A DNA stretch of 64,000 nt, from the NCBI GenBank assembly GCA_034780895.1, contig JAUZTB010000076.1, forward strand, positions 42,910,639-42,974,638, written 5' to 3'. Below are positions 25,853 to 37,564 of this stretch, in pieces. The DNA is from Rhynchobatus australiae. Lineage: Eukaryota. Both the position numbers and the translations under genes were made by a program. The notes beneath the pieces are model-generated. The model made no database searches, was not told the origin of the DNA, and worked only from the letters and a program-made list of their open reading frames with translations. Numbering within the stretch: the first letter of the stretch is position 1; each line of letters opens with the position of its first letter.

Positions 25853-26802
25853 CTGTTAATGGGATTGAAAAAAATAACATGTTGAAATTTATTGTCAACA
25901 AAAATGTTGGAGATGGCTTTCACAGAATACTATTCAGTTTGCAACAATTGACAATCTACAGTGTGAAAGATGCATTCTGGAAGAATTTGCTATTGATAAA
26001 TTATGTCAGCACAGGAGTAATTTTCCCAGTCATACTTGTTTAATATGCCAATCACATTTATGACATGGACTCATTTTTCTAAAGTAAGGACTGGATAAAC
26101 ACATGGAAGAAATTATTCTGCAGGCTTTAAAGGTAGGTAGCAAAATTGATCAAATTTTGCAGAACATTGTGTGTGCTGTTTTAATCTTGGAAATGTCATC
26201 CATGAATTACAACTACTTGGGATTGTTTAGATTGTAGGTTAGTTTGATATCTTGGAGTTCTGCCAGATTACTCTAGGTACGAGGGAAATAATTCAAACAT
26301 TTTTATTTTGTGTTATTTTTAATTTCCTACAATTTTCTGCTCTGATGTAGGTGATTTGTGCTCAAGTGTGACTGCACAAGCCTAGATAATGTCTTAGCAG
26401 TCAAATTGTGAGTCTCAGTGTAACAGGTCTTGATGCAGTCCTCGCTGGGAAGCACAGATGGGAAGCGGCGCCCACCGGAACCAGGTGGGTTTTGTAGCTG
26501 TCACCAGCAAACGGCCTCTATCTACCCAAGCATGTTTTCGCCTCTCCCAACAGCCTGGGCTGCAGTTGGTGTGAATAATGCCCAGAGAAGGAATGAAAGG
26601 AGAATGATCAATCATCTAGGGACAGCACATCTTCACTCTTTGACAGAAGCAATTGGTAGAAAGGGTGAACAACACGAGGGCAAAAAGACAGGAAGTGAGG
26701 AAGATAAATTTGTGAGGGGGGGAATAACAAAGCACACTAACTGCAAAAGTTGTAATATTTGATTTCACTGTGTTTAACAGTTGAAAATTAACTAAATAGT
26801 AC

Positions 26803-27002
26803 CTCCTGAATATCATTGGCAATACGGTCTGCCCTTTCAGCTTTCCCCTTGGCACTTTTGGCAGTTGTTAACGCATTTCCCAGTTCATTCTCAGCCTGAT
26901 CAGTCAGTGCGTTGGCATTGTCAATGGTCCTTTTGATGTACGGTATTCTGTTCAGAGCATCTTCAGCAGCTGTTTTATTGCTGACCACTCGTATGTTGAA
27001 GT
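26803..27002 (-). CDS. LAMC2: laminin gamma-2 exon 20 (coiled coil), 200 nt
   Basis: cacAG / GTACT; DFNIRVVSNKTAAEDALNRIPYIKRTIDNANALTDQAENELGNALTTAKSAKGKAERADRIANDIQE. Confidence 0.92.
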
Positions 27003-27199
27003 CTGTGATATCAAAGCAAACAATGTATGTTATAAACTGAAGTCAGCTGACTGTGCTGGGGGTATTTGGGTGTTTAAAACAAGGTAGTTTGAGCAACAAA
27101 CTGTGCTGGTCAACAAAGTGTGGGCTTTGGCGAGTAAGAGGCCTTCAGTAAGCAGGGGTGACGGGGACCAAGATAAGTAGGAGCAACTCAACACAGGCA

Positions 27200-28775
27200 A
27201 TGGTTTGAAAGTGTGACCCTACAGGTCAAAAGTGACATCAGCAGAAATCGGATTGTTGGTGAGCAAGATGTGCATACTACAGGGAGAGGGTGAAGAACCA
27301 GAAATTGTGTTTAGTCTGGGTAAGAGAAGGGATGATGCCCTGCAAGCCGATCGTAGGTAACAGATCGGCACAGCTTTGTGGGCCGACGGGCCTGAATTGT
27401 GCTGTAGTTTTTCTATATTTCTATGTCTCTAGATGGAAAAGCAGCATCTGAAAAGGTAGTAATCTCAGGATTACTCCCAGTGCCACATTAACAAGTACAG
27501 AAATGGGAGGATACAGCAAATGTTAAGAGGCCAAATTTGAAAGAACCGTACCTAAATACACATTGCATCAGCAAAAAGATAGATGAATTAATGGCACGAA
27601 TAGTTGTAAATGGACATGATGCAATTGCCTTTATCCAACAGTGGTTGCAGGATGACTAAAGCTGGGAACTAGAGATCCCAGGATGTGTGACGTTTAGGAG
27701 GGACAGGCAAAAAGTGAAAAGGAGGCAGGATAGTGCTGTTAATGAGAGATGACATCAGTGTTATTGTTAGGAAGTATCTTGACCCAGCCAATTAGGGAGA
27801 GTAATAAAATCAGTTAGGTGGAGCTAGTAGGCAGAAGACATTGGTGAGAATTATTTTTATATACCCACAAATAGTCATGATGAGGGGATGTATAAATGAA
27901 GAAATTGGAGCTCCACACAACATGGATAATACAGTAATAAAGGAAGACTGATTTATAGAGTGTGGACAAATCAAATTAGTGCTAACAATGTAAAGGCTGA
28001 ATTCCTGGAATAAGGTGCTTTTCTGGATGAATATGTTGAAGAACCAACTAAGTGCATAGCTATTTAAAATCTGATATTGTGCAACAAAGGGTTAACTAAT
28101 AATGTTGTAAAGGACCTCTTGGAAAGAGTGAAATTTTACCAAGTCAATTTTTAAGTGATGTAGCTCAATCTGAAGTCAGAGTTTTCAAACAAAACTAAGA
28201 AGGTATAANNNNNNNNNCTGTGGTAGATTGGAGAAACTACAGTGGTTAACAATTAAATAAAATTACATAATTTGCAACAAGTATACATTCCTTTTAGGCA
28301 AAACACACTTCAGAAAAAATGGTCCAACTATGGATGACAAGAAAAATTAGAGTTTTACATCTAAGGAAAAGGCTTAACATTTCCAGGGAGAAAAAGCAGT
28401 AGGCCTGAGAACTGGGAGTGTTTCAGAATTCATCAAAAAAAAGACAAAGAAATTAATAAAGAAAGGAGAAATAGAATTTGAGAGAAAACTATTGAGAAAC
28501 ATAAAGAAAAAGACTGTAATACCATCCATCAGTGGGTAAAAAAGAAAGACTTTCAAATGCAGATCCCTTGCAGATGGAGACAGCAACATTTATAATGGGG
28601 AATATAGGAAGGACAGAGGAATTATAGCTTGTCTGCTTCATAGAAGATGACACACAAAAAAACTACTAGAAATACTGGAGAGCCAAGGGCCCAGTGGAAG
28701 TGAGAAAGCAAAAGAAATTAGTTTCGGTAAAGAAATGTACAAGAGAAGTTAATGAGCCTGAAAACTGATAAATAC
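27200..28775 (+). mobile_element. CR1-clade LINE 5'/internal fragment (APE endonuclease region), decayed
   Basis: Remnants such as W.L.IPG..TFRRDR and EYVEEPT..A..NLILCN; boundaries approximate. Confidence 0.6.
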
Positions 28776-28822
28776 CAACTTTTGCTATTTATTTTTGAAT
28801 TTACAAAGGATGATTATGGTAC

Positions 28823-28937
28823 CTCTTAGGTTGTTTATGATCCGATCAACTTGCTCCAGTGTGTATGACCCTTTTCTGACAGCCTCTTCAGCCAAGTACT
28901 TAGCAGCATTTGCTCTGGCTTGCAGCATGGCAGCTGT
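28823..28937 (-). CDS. LAMC2: laminin gamma-2 exon 19 (coiled coil), 115 nt
   Basis: ctgtAG / GTACC; TAAMLQARANAAKYLAEEAVRKGSYTLEQVDRIINNLR. Confidence 0.9.
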
Positions 28938-29009
28938 CTACAGAGAAATAAACTCAGTCAGGAGGCTACAGTCAAACCCAGGAACTAAATGCAACACCTA
29001 GCTGCAACC

Positions 29010-29170
29010 ACTCAAAAAAAAACTGCTGAAAATACTCAGCAGGTCAGACAGCATCAGTGGAGGGAAACAAGGGTTAACATTTCAGGTCAAAGACCTTTCA
29101 TCAAACTGAGTATTTCAAGTATTCTCTGTTTTGCTTCTGATTTCCAGCATCTGTGCTTTCTTGTTTTTTG
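29010..29170. mobile_element. Short Penelope-derived element with inverted arms
   Basis: tgctgaaaatactcagc... / ...ctgagtatttcaagta inverted arms; hammerhead-like core on the minus strand at 29072-29105. Confidence 0.6.
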
Positions 29171-29867
29171 ACAGTCTCCATATCTCCGGAGCATATTTTA
29201 CAAATGTGCACTGACATCACAGAACTTCATCTAAAGTAAGTTCACTCAGAATTTGGACATGAACATCAGTGCAAAAAAAAAATTTGCATTACATTGAATC
29301 TTAAAAATCATAAAATTTTGACCATACCCAAAATGCATATTCACTATGAACATAAACACCAAGGTTATACAACAATAACTGATTTAGAGATGAATATTCA
29401 ACACATGCTTTTGGAAGCAAATAAAGATAGTATGTTAAACTACTATACAATCTTTTCTCCCTAAGGAGAATACATCCCCAAGAAATAATTCAAGATGCCC
29501 ACCACATCCAATTGCCGTTTCCCAAGTTTTGAGCACTGGTGCAATTTGAAAGCAAGAGGCATATGTGAAACATTCAGTACAAAAAAAAAGCTCTTGTTCC
29601 AATTAATTCAGTAAAATTACAGCCTTCGTCAAAAACTGTAGGTGGTTTGATTTTTGTGAAGAAAACCAGGAATGGAGCTTTAACTTTTCTTTTGGACAAA
29701 CATGCTCTAAAGCTGAAGGCTTACAATATGTTATGGGCTAAATTAATAATGTTGTTATTCCAAAGTTTATAATGACATAGTTCTTGTANNNNNNNNNNNN
29801 NNNNNNNNNNNTCAAGCAAACTCGGCAACCATTTCACCATTCTTCACAATTGTTGTAAGGCACTCAC

Positions 29868-30017
29868 CGTTTGGTCTATATCTCCTTTCTTTAAAATTCT
29901 CGTGATATTTCTCTCTAAATCATTCATGTTATTTTTCAAAGTTTCATACAGTTCAAGTTTTCTGTTCAATTCAAATTCCATGGCACTTTCTTTGCCCTTC
30001 AGTTGGTTTGCTTCATT
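29868..30017 (-). CDS. LAMC2: laminin gamma-2 exon 18 (coiled coil), 150 nt
   Basis: atcAG / GTGAGT; NEANQLKGKESAMEFELNRKLELYETLKNNMNDLERNITRILKKGDIDQT. Confidence 0.9.
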
Positions 30018-30983
30018 CTGATGAGAAAAAATATTTTTTTCATTTTGATTTCACAACACTAACTTCTCAAATATCCAGCCATATTCATGAAATCTTTATT
30101 GTATGTTACAACTTTATTTCCTTTTGCTCTTTATTCCCACTTCCATAGCTGCTCTTGTACATTTGGGCCTCTCTGAGACGACAGAATTGGGAAGAGCCGA
30201 GGAACCTGCTTGATCCTATTTTTACAGTTAATTTGAAGTAAATTATCCTTGTCATCTCAAACAAGGTCATTGCTCATTTAGATAGTGTCCTATATAGGGG
30301 CAGGAGGAGATTAAAATTTTAAGATTGCTCATCCCAAATCCATTCAATCCCAGATCAATTAATGATAATAGAACTATTCTTTCCATTAGAGGAATTCACA
30401 TCTGAAGTGTCCTTTTTGTTAATGAAATGGTTACCTTTCCCTATCTAAAATGAGATTGAGTAGGTGAGTTATCCATTAAGTCAATGCTTCTGGGCCTGAT
30501 GCTTGCTTGACAACCAAATATCACAACTTGTTAACTGTAGAGTGATATGCTGGCTAATTTTTAACTCTGCTGAGGAATGGGACACTGAAGTCAATTCTGA
30601 ACCCCGACTGAGATCAGATAACTCGCCAGCAGCTAGGGATCTCACCTGCTCTTTCCAGGCTGGTCATACCAGGGTGGTGCATTGACTAACTGGCCCATCT
30701 GGAGCCATCACAAAGAATGCAATCCTTTTCCCACTTAAGCAAGAAAAATGCCTTGAGCAGTTTCACAACCACTGTTAATTGATAATTAATTGTGTTAAGT
30801 CTGAAATCAAATCCATCATCATCTCCATTTGATGTTTTTGCTGCTTCCAAAGCCACTCGGTGATAAACTGCTTTGAGATGAAAGATTCCATCTGTTGAAT
30901 TATCTTCAAGCACCGATGAAATTCATCAATGGATTTGTTCCCTCCCCCTTCCCTTGATCAACAGACTCAGAAATATTACCTAC

Positions 30984-31235
30984 CTCAAGGGATGTTATGT
31001 CAATTGTAAGCAGATTGTTCAGCTCATTGTAGTTCCTCTTGGCCCTCTCACTGGCTCTTTGTGCTCTTGTGGTTATTCTGTTTGCTTGTTCTTCTNNNNN
31101 NNNNNNNNNNNNNNNNNNNNNNNNNNNNNNNNNNNNNNNNNNNNNNNNNNNNNNNNNNNNNNNNNNNNNNNNNNNNNNNNNNNNNNNNNNNNNNNTTCTT
31201 CTAGATCTTCTGCCATGTCACTCTTCTGTTTCGAT
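30984..31235 (-). CDS. LAMC2: laminin gamma-2 exon 17 (coiled coil), split by a 100-N gap; true length probably 145 nt
   Basis: gttAG / GTAGG; SKQKSDMAEDLEE|gap|EEQANRITTRAQRASERAKRNYNELNNLLTIDITSLE; the flanks overlap by TTCTTCT. Confidence 0.87.
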
Positions 31236-31926
31236 CTAACAGAATGAAATCTCTTAGCGTCACATTGAAAAGACTGCCACATAGTGGACCCGCCACTCAA
31301 AACTTGTGTTGTCTTTGCTTAATTCTTCGCATATGACAGTGGTCTGCTAATATATCTTCTGTTATTTATAATTTTGCTCCTTTTTCTTGCTTCACAGCAT
31401 GATTGTATTCATTCCCATATGCAGGGTATTACTGTATCATCTGGGTAAAATTGCATTTAACTATCTTAAAATCATTCAGCTGAGGTTATGGTGCCTCTGC
31501 CGTACTCTAGTTATTTTATAAATAAAGAATCACTTATAGTGGCCTTCTACAATATTTCAGTTAATTCAACTTCTATAGATCCACAGGAATTTTATGTAGA
31601 GTGTTTCGTAGACTGACACATGCCTGCTTTTTTGGTAATGAGTAACACTTGGCACATAATTCTAAGCTTAACCACATACTGCTCTTTATTTACTTTGTGT
31701 GTTCTTACAGGAACCATTGCAAAACCTGAGTGTATTTTGTTTCTTAGCATTTGCAATATCAGTTTAAAATTTTAATGATTTCAGCTGAATATCAGTCAAA
31801 ACAATGAAAAATTGTTATTTCCAATTGTATGTTATATTTGGTATTTTGAGGGATAGAGATGAGCCAAATTAGAAGGTGTAAAGTAGGCATTCAGATATTA
31901 CTGATGGAAATTTTACTTGGACTTAC

Positions 31927-32064
31927 TGCTGAGTTAGTAGGTTGATGGACTGTGTGGTTTGCTGATCTTCTTTGATTGCTTGTGTAATGAATTGAAGGGC
32001 TTCAAAAGCAGACTTGTTGGCAGCTCTACTGAACTGCTCAATGTCCTCTGCATCTTCCTGATGC
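31927..32064 (-). CDS. LAMC2: laminin gamma-2 exon 16 (coiled coil), 138 nt
   Basis: ttcAG / GTAAGT; HQEDAEDIEQFSRAANKSAFEALQFITQAIKEDQQTTQSINLLTQ. Confidence 0.9.
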
Positions 32065-32160
32065 CTGAATAAAAAGACAAACAGTGAAAGTTCTTAATAT
32101 TCATCTTTGAAGTCATGAAATGAATTTAGTAAAAGGGATGCAAATAAAAAGACCACATAC

Positions 32161-32237
32161 TTGTCTGCCAGTCTACGAGCCTCATCTGCTAGAGCAGTTG
32201 GGATATGGCCTCCAATAGGACCTGTTGGCAACGATGG
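32161..32237 (-). CDS. LAMC2: laminin gamma-2 exon 15 (coiled coil), 77 nt
   Basis: ttacAG / GTATGT; PSLPTGPIGGHIPTALADEARRLAD; followed by a 96-nt intron. Confidence 0.88.
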
Positions 32238-32965
32238 CTGTAAGAAATAATATTACAGTTGTTGACAAAATCTCATTTAGCCAATCATTAGAATTAACAG
32301 CATTAATCATCACCCCTGCAAACCTGAAAACACTGAATTCTGCTTCCTATAGATGCTGTCAATGCCCTGTGTTGCTCCCCAAGTTCCCATTCAGTAGAGG
32401 AAAGGAACTACTGTTTGAGTGGAAGCCTTGATCAGCATCAACAGCCTTTCCAGCAGGGAGCAGTTTATCAATCAGCAGCAAAAATCACAGGATAGCTTTT
32501 CCCCCTTGTGCTTCAATGCCAATGTAGTTCTACAGAAGTTAACTGCAGTAACAGGCCAGCTTTGGTCAGAACAGGGACTGAGTCCAGGTATGTATGATCC
32601 ATTTTCATGGAAGTCTTCATCTGCTGAGTTACTGGGAAGCTTTTTCTTCCTTTAATTTCTTGAGCAGTGATATTATTTTGTATTGTGTTCCCCCAGATGC
32701 CTTCTTGGCTCAACTACTTCATGTAATTTTCATATGAAGGCTTGCTCATTATAAGGACTTGTGACATATTAAAGGTAGATGCTGATTCCTCCAGCTGGTG
32801 AATTCAAAGGTATGGTCTTGAGATTAGTGGTTATCCATTTAAGATTACATTGAAAAGAAATTTTCTTAAGCAAAAGATTGTAACTCTTTGGAATTGGCTA
32901 TCTCAAAGGGCTGTGGCTATTCATTGAATATATTCACTGACATATTCAAGCCTGAAAGATTTTAG

Positions 32966-33120
32966 TAGACACAAGAAATTCTGCAGACGCTGGAATCTGG
33001 AGCAATACACAAAAAGTGCTGGAGGAACTCAGCAGGTCAGGCAGCATCCATGGAGGGAAATAAATAGTCAACGTTTTGGGCTGAGACCCTTCATCAGGAC
33101 TGGAAAGGAAGAGGGCAAAA
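32966..33120 (-). mobile_element. Short Penelope-derived terminal repeat
   Basis: gacacaagaaattctgcagacgctggaatctggagcaa..gctggaggaactcagcaggtcaggcagcatc; same repeat as the end of the GIY-YIG element near 52392. Confidence 0.7.
33065..33102 (-). ncRNA. Degenerate minimal type-I hammerhead ribozyme motif
   Basis: CAGTC-CTGATGA-A-GGGT(CTCA)GCCC-AAAA-CG-TT-GACTA: stem I AGTC/GACT, CUGAUGA core, stem II; GAAA changed to AAAA. Confidence 0.55.
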
Positions 33121-33369
33121 GCCACAATTACAGATTTTACTTTTATTGAGTGAATGAGAGAACACAGGAACAGGAAGCAAAGTGGACGAGGCATTGCATC
33201 AATGATGCTCAAGGTATCATTTTGTCTATTTCTGCTTCAAATTCTTACATACTGATGATATGTAAATTCTTACATATGATGATATTCTTACATACCTGGT
33301 CAATGGCATAATAAAGGACAATGTTATAACTAGACTCTATAACAAAAAGACATATTTTAATAAAGGCCG

Positions 33370-33625
33370 ATCTCATAATGAGGGATAACATAATAACAAG
33401 GGGCTGTGACAAATGGAGCTATAAGTTTAAGGTTCAAGAGGGGTAATGTCCTAACAAAGGATTGTGATATAACAAAGGACATGAGACAACGTCACAGCAA
33501 GGTATTGTGCCACAAGGGAGAGTATCATAACCAAGTACTGTTGCATAACATGGAACTGTGACATAATAGTGAATTGGCGAAGGACTATGTCATAACAATG
33601 AGCTGTTATGACATTTGTCATGATA
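33370..33625. repeat. Degenerate minisatellite, unit about 18 nt
   Basis: Recurrent units such as tgtgatataacaaaggac, tgttgcataacatggaac, tgtgacataatagtgaat, tatgtcataacaatgagc. Confidence 0.6.
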
Positions 33626-33795
33626 CTGGGTTTAAGGAATGTTTGGGTTTTAAACACCAAGATTGTCCTGGAGACATTCCTGATAACAGCAGTGACTTTA
33701 TTTTGGTTTTCGTGCTAAATAAACACAAATGCTACAGATGAGATTTTATTTTCAAATCATAAAATTTTAGCCTTTTTAATCTCGTGAGGACTTAC

Positions 33796-34001
33796 CATTT
33801 GGCCCATTTCTGTCTTGCTTTCCTGGATCTTTGTTCTGACATTACTTAGCAACCTGTCCGTGTTTCGGACTCTATCTTCATATGTTAAAGTCAACTTTCT
33901 GATCTCATCAGCGGATTTCCCAATGTTGTTCAGGTGAAAGGTCTCAGTGCCCAGCTTATTGTTGAGGTTTTTCAGCTTGTCAAGATTGTTTTCATCATCA
34001 T
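33796..34001 (-). CDS. LAMC2: laminin gamma-2 exon 14 (coiled coil), 206 nt
   Basis: ctgcAG / GTAAGT; NDDENNLDKLKNLNNKLGTETFHLNNIGKSADEIRKLTLTYEDRVRNTDRLLSNVRTKIQESKTEMGQM. Confidence 0.9.
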
Positions 34002-34269
34002 CTGCAGAAAGAATCAGATCTTTACTCTCAGAGCTGGATGTATTACCTTAAATTTGAGTCTCATGAATGTCTCTACATATAGCAGCTCTGCTCTTAAACC
34101 ATCATTGTGGTATGGTACTGTGTTACAAAAATGAGGAAGATCTTGGGTTAGATCCATGCCCAGTTACTTGATCTCACCTGACTGGTAGTTTGGCTGCAAA
34201 TATTGACCTAAGTACTCATTAGCTAAGCAGATTGAAAATTTAGCCAGCATATAGAGGAGCCCATTTGTT

Positions 34270-34722
34270 ATAATGGATATGGGTGAGAGGGTGCAGAGGA
34301 GATTCACCGGGAGGTTGCCTGGATTAGACGACTTTAGTTATGGGGATAGATTCCATAGGTTGGTTTGTTTTCCTGGAGGTTGAGGCATGACCTGATAGAG
34401 GTCTATAAAATTATGAAAGGGAGAGATCAGGTAAAAATAGTCAGGATATTTTTCCTAAGGTAGAGGTATCAAAATCAAGAGGGCATAGGTCTAAGATGAG
34501 AGGAAGATGTTTTTAAGTGGATCTGAGGGGGAAAGTACATAGAGTGCCTGATATCTGGAATTTACTGATAGAGATGGTGGAATCGGGTACAATCATTACA
34601 TGGCATAGAAGGATGGTGACTTCATGCAGGCAAATGGGACTCGTGTAGATGGGCAAAATAGTCAGCATGGATATTGCTGGCCTGAAGGGCCCATTTCTGT
34701 GCTGTATGGTTCTATGACTCTG
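34270..34722 (+). mobile_element. CR1-clade LINE 3' end
   Basis: gagagggtgcagaggagattcacc (ERVQRRFT), gacctgatagaggtctataaaattatg (DLIEVYKIM), tail gaagggcccatttctgtgctgtatggttctatgactct. Confidence 0.8.
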
Positions 34723-34923
34723 ATATTAGATGGTGATTGGGACTAGTTGACCAAGATGGTTTATATAGCTGAATAACTTGGTGAACCTACCATGAAGCAT
34801 GAAGGGCGACCAGGTGGATGAGTTACTTTAAGGCAGTCAATTCAAAAGGAAGAAATTAATCTATTATATTAAATATCATAAAACTTGAAGAATGTAGTGT
34901 TTAAAGCCGAAATGGGCACTTAC

Positions 34924-35080
34924 TTTCAGTCTCTTTAGCCGTGGTCATCATTTTGTGGAGGACCTTTGATGCTTTCCTCAGTCTTGCCTCGAAGTCTTTG
35001 TCATTCACTGGCCTCTCATTTGTTGTCAGTTTGGAGATGAGGATTTCCAGATCTCTGACCACATTCTTGTGTTTCAATAT
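34924..35080 (-). CDS. LAMC2: laminin gamma-2 exon 13 (coiled coil), 157 nt
   Basis: accAG / GTAAGT; ILKHKNVVRDLEILISKLTTNERPVNDKDFEARLRKASKVLHKMMTTAKETE. Confidence 0.9.
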
Positions 35081-36242
35081 CTGGTGGATAGAACAGAGGG
35101 AAAAGCATTCATCAAAAAATTCCAACAATCCATTTGTAAGCACTTGTTTTTATTGCATTGTGAAATAAGAACCATCTAGAATTTTCCTATCTTATCTCTG
35201 AAGGGATAATAATAGGGCAAAGCCAGAAACCACAAAGAGAGACAAGTATCTCACACTGGTGAAGGTTGTGGATGAAGAAAGAGGTAATTGCATAGGAGTC
35301 AAGTCATAGACATCCAGTTATCTGACCTTTGGACTAGTAATAATGATTTAAGGCATCCTGAGTGATGTCTGCTTACTTTAGTTTGAAACTTCTAATCTTA
35401 ACTAGTTAGAGAGAGATCCTATGCAAGCATATGAAGAGCATGGGTAGAACATTGCTTGAAACTGAGCTTTTTATTTGAATGATTTAGTTACAAATTAACT
35501 TCACAGTAGTCTCTGTCAGCAGTGAAAAACCACCAAGAATACAAGCTAACTGTAATTTCAGGATTGTACAATAATCAAAGCTCCAGGGTTTAGAATGCAT
35601 CAAAGAAAATATGAAAATAATGTGGGAAAGTTATGAAAACCTGCTTATTTTTCATGACCTGACGTACTTGATAACAGGTGAATATTAAAGCTGTATGGTG
35701 GAAATGTTTGGGATTGAAGGGGTGGGGAGCTGGGTAGAGGGTGATGGAGCTTGGTGGTGATGGTAATAGCTCCCTCCATTCCTTTGAGAATTGCTTCCAC
35801 TGTGCCTCTGGCTGTGCAAGTCTCAAGTTTTCTGTTAGCAATGTGATTTCAAATGCTTATGCTTTTTTTATTTGTAAGAAAATTGGTTTTCCTGAACCAC
35901 CTCCAATCTTCCATTTTATTCTCCTGCACTCAGTGGCTTAGAACTGAATATGATTTGAGGAGCACAGGGTTTCCAGGGGAACACCATGCTCAGATCACAA
36001 AGTTAGAATCAGTGCATACAATGACACATCAGAAACTGATGGGGCCCTGCCTTCACCCAGCTTCCAAAAATATAGGATGGTCAATCCAATTAGCAGCGTC
36101 AACAGATGTTTATTGAAGTTTTTACTTCCAAGCAAAATAATGCTGTAATCACCTGGCTCAAGAGTAAATACATTTCCAGGAAATGACATTAATGACTGCC
36201 TTGAAATTTGATAATTGACTTTAATGGAACAGGCTAGGTAAT

Positions 36243-36549
36243 AAATTTTTTTAAAATTTTATTTACAGCGTGGTAACAGGCCCTTCCGAGTCTGCACCGA
36301 CCATTTTAAACCCCAAATTAATCTACCCGTATATCTTTAGAATGTGGGAGGAAACCGGAGCACCCGAAGGAAACCCACGCAGACATAGGANNNNNNNNNN
36401 NNNNNNNNNNNNNNNNNNNNNNNNNNNNNNNNNNNNNNNNNNNNNNNNNNNNNNNNNNNNNNNNNNNNNNNNNNNNNNNNNNNNNNNNNNACCCTGATCG
36501 CTGGCGCTGTAATAGCATTGTGCTAACCACTATGCTACCGTGCCGCCCC
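36243..36549 (-). mobile_element. tRNA-derived V-domain SINE (HE1-like), interrupted by a gap
   Basis: 5' ggggcggcacggtagcatagtggttagc (A box) and V-domain gtgggtttccttcgggtgctccggtttcctcccaca. Confidence 0.8.
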
Positions 36550-37388
36550 TAATACTAGCTCAACACCTACCTGTGATGGGAAGGCTGAGAGGGATAGCAG
36601 CAATATGCATGATTGTTAACATGTATTCTTAACAGATCACATTGTCCCTCAAATAGTGGTCTCAAATCAATCATATACTACAGGCTTCTTGGTGATAAAA
36701 TTTTACTATGATAATTGTAATGTATGTGTTAAGTCATGAATATTTAGTACTTCTACCTGGTACTTTAACAAAGGGGGTAACCCACTTAAAACAAAAAAAA
36801 GATTAATGCCTATGTGGAGGAAGGCATTTCATACTAAATCATTTGCATTTGTTTCTAATGTCATTCAATAATATTTTCACTCTATAGTTTCCCACCCACT
36901 TCATTCATAATGGCAATTTTCAACATGGTTGATGGAGGACATTAGCAGGTAAATGTATGTGAATGTTTATGCCAAGTTATCGATTTCTCAATATTTCATG
37001 TATATTAAGGGAAATCTCTGCTGGTTATTTCTCCTCATGATACTGGCACTAAGAATTTTTCAAAATCATCTCATTAAAATTTGAAAGGCTTACAGTACAG
37101 GCTGCATATATCAGCTGATGCCTTTAATCTTTAATTTCTGTATGTGAAGAGGAACTTGAGTTCCATGCATTTTTGGGCCCCAAATTTTAGTTCTGGTTTC
37201 TCTATTTTACTCCTTTTCATGACCAGAATACGTTAATAAGATCAACACTTAGACTGGCATTCTTTAAAAAAAATCATTTCTGCTATTTCTGGTTTTATAG
37301 TCATAAAAAGCCCACATAAGCTTTGCTCTTGGCCAACACTATGAGATGTATTAGCCTCCAAGTTTTGAAGTTGGGACCAGATGCCTAC

Positions 37389-37564
37389 CTTGTTTTTTAC
37401 TGCCAGGTAACAGTTCGGGCACACCTCGCAGCCCGTGGTGCTGTTGTAATAAGTGTCTCCTGCACACTGGTTACATCGATCTCCAAAAACTCCTGGTTTG
37501 CAATTGCATTTCCCATCACTCCTGCACTGTAAGGACCAAGAACCTCTTGGGTCACAGTTACATG
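37389..37564 (-). CDS. LAMC2: laminin gamma-2 exon 12 (last LE + CxxC at start of coiled coil), 176 nt
   Basis: ttgcAG / GTAGG; PCNCDPRGSWSLQCRSDGKCNCKPGVFGDRCNQCAGDTYYNSTTGCEVCPNCYLAVKNK. Confidence 0.93.
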
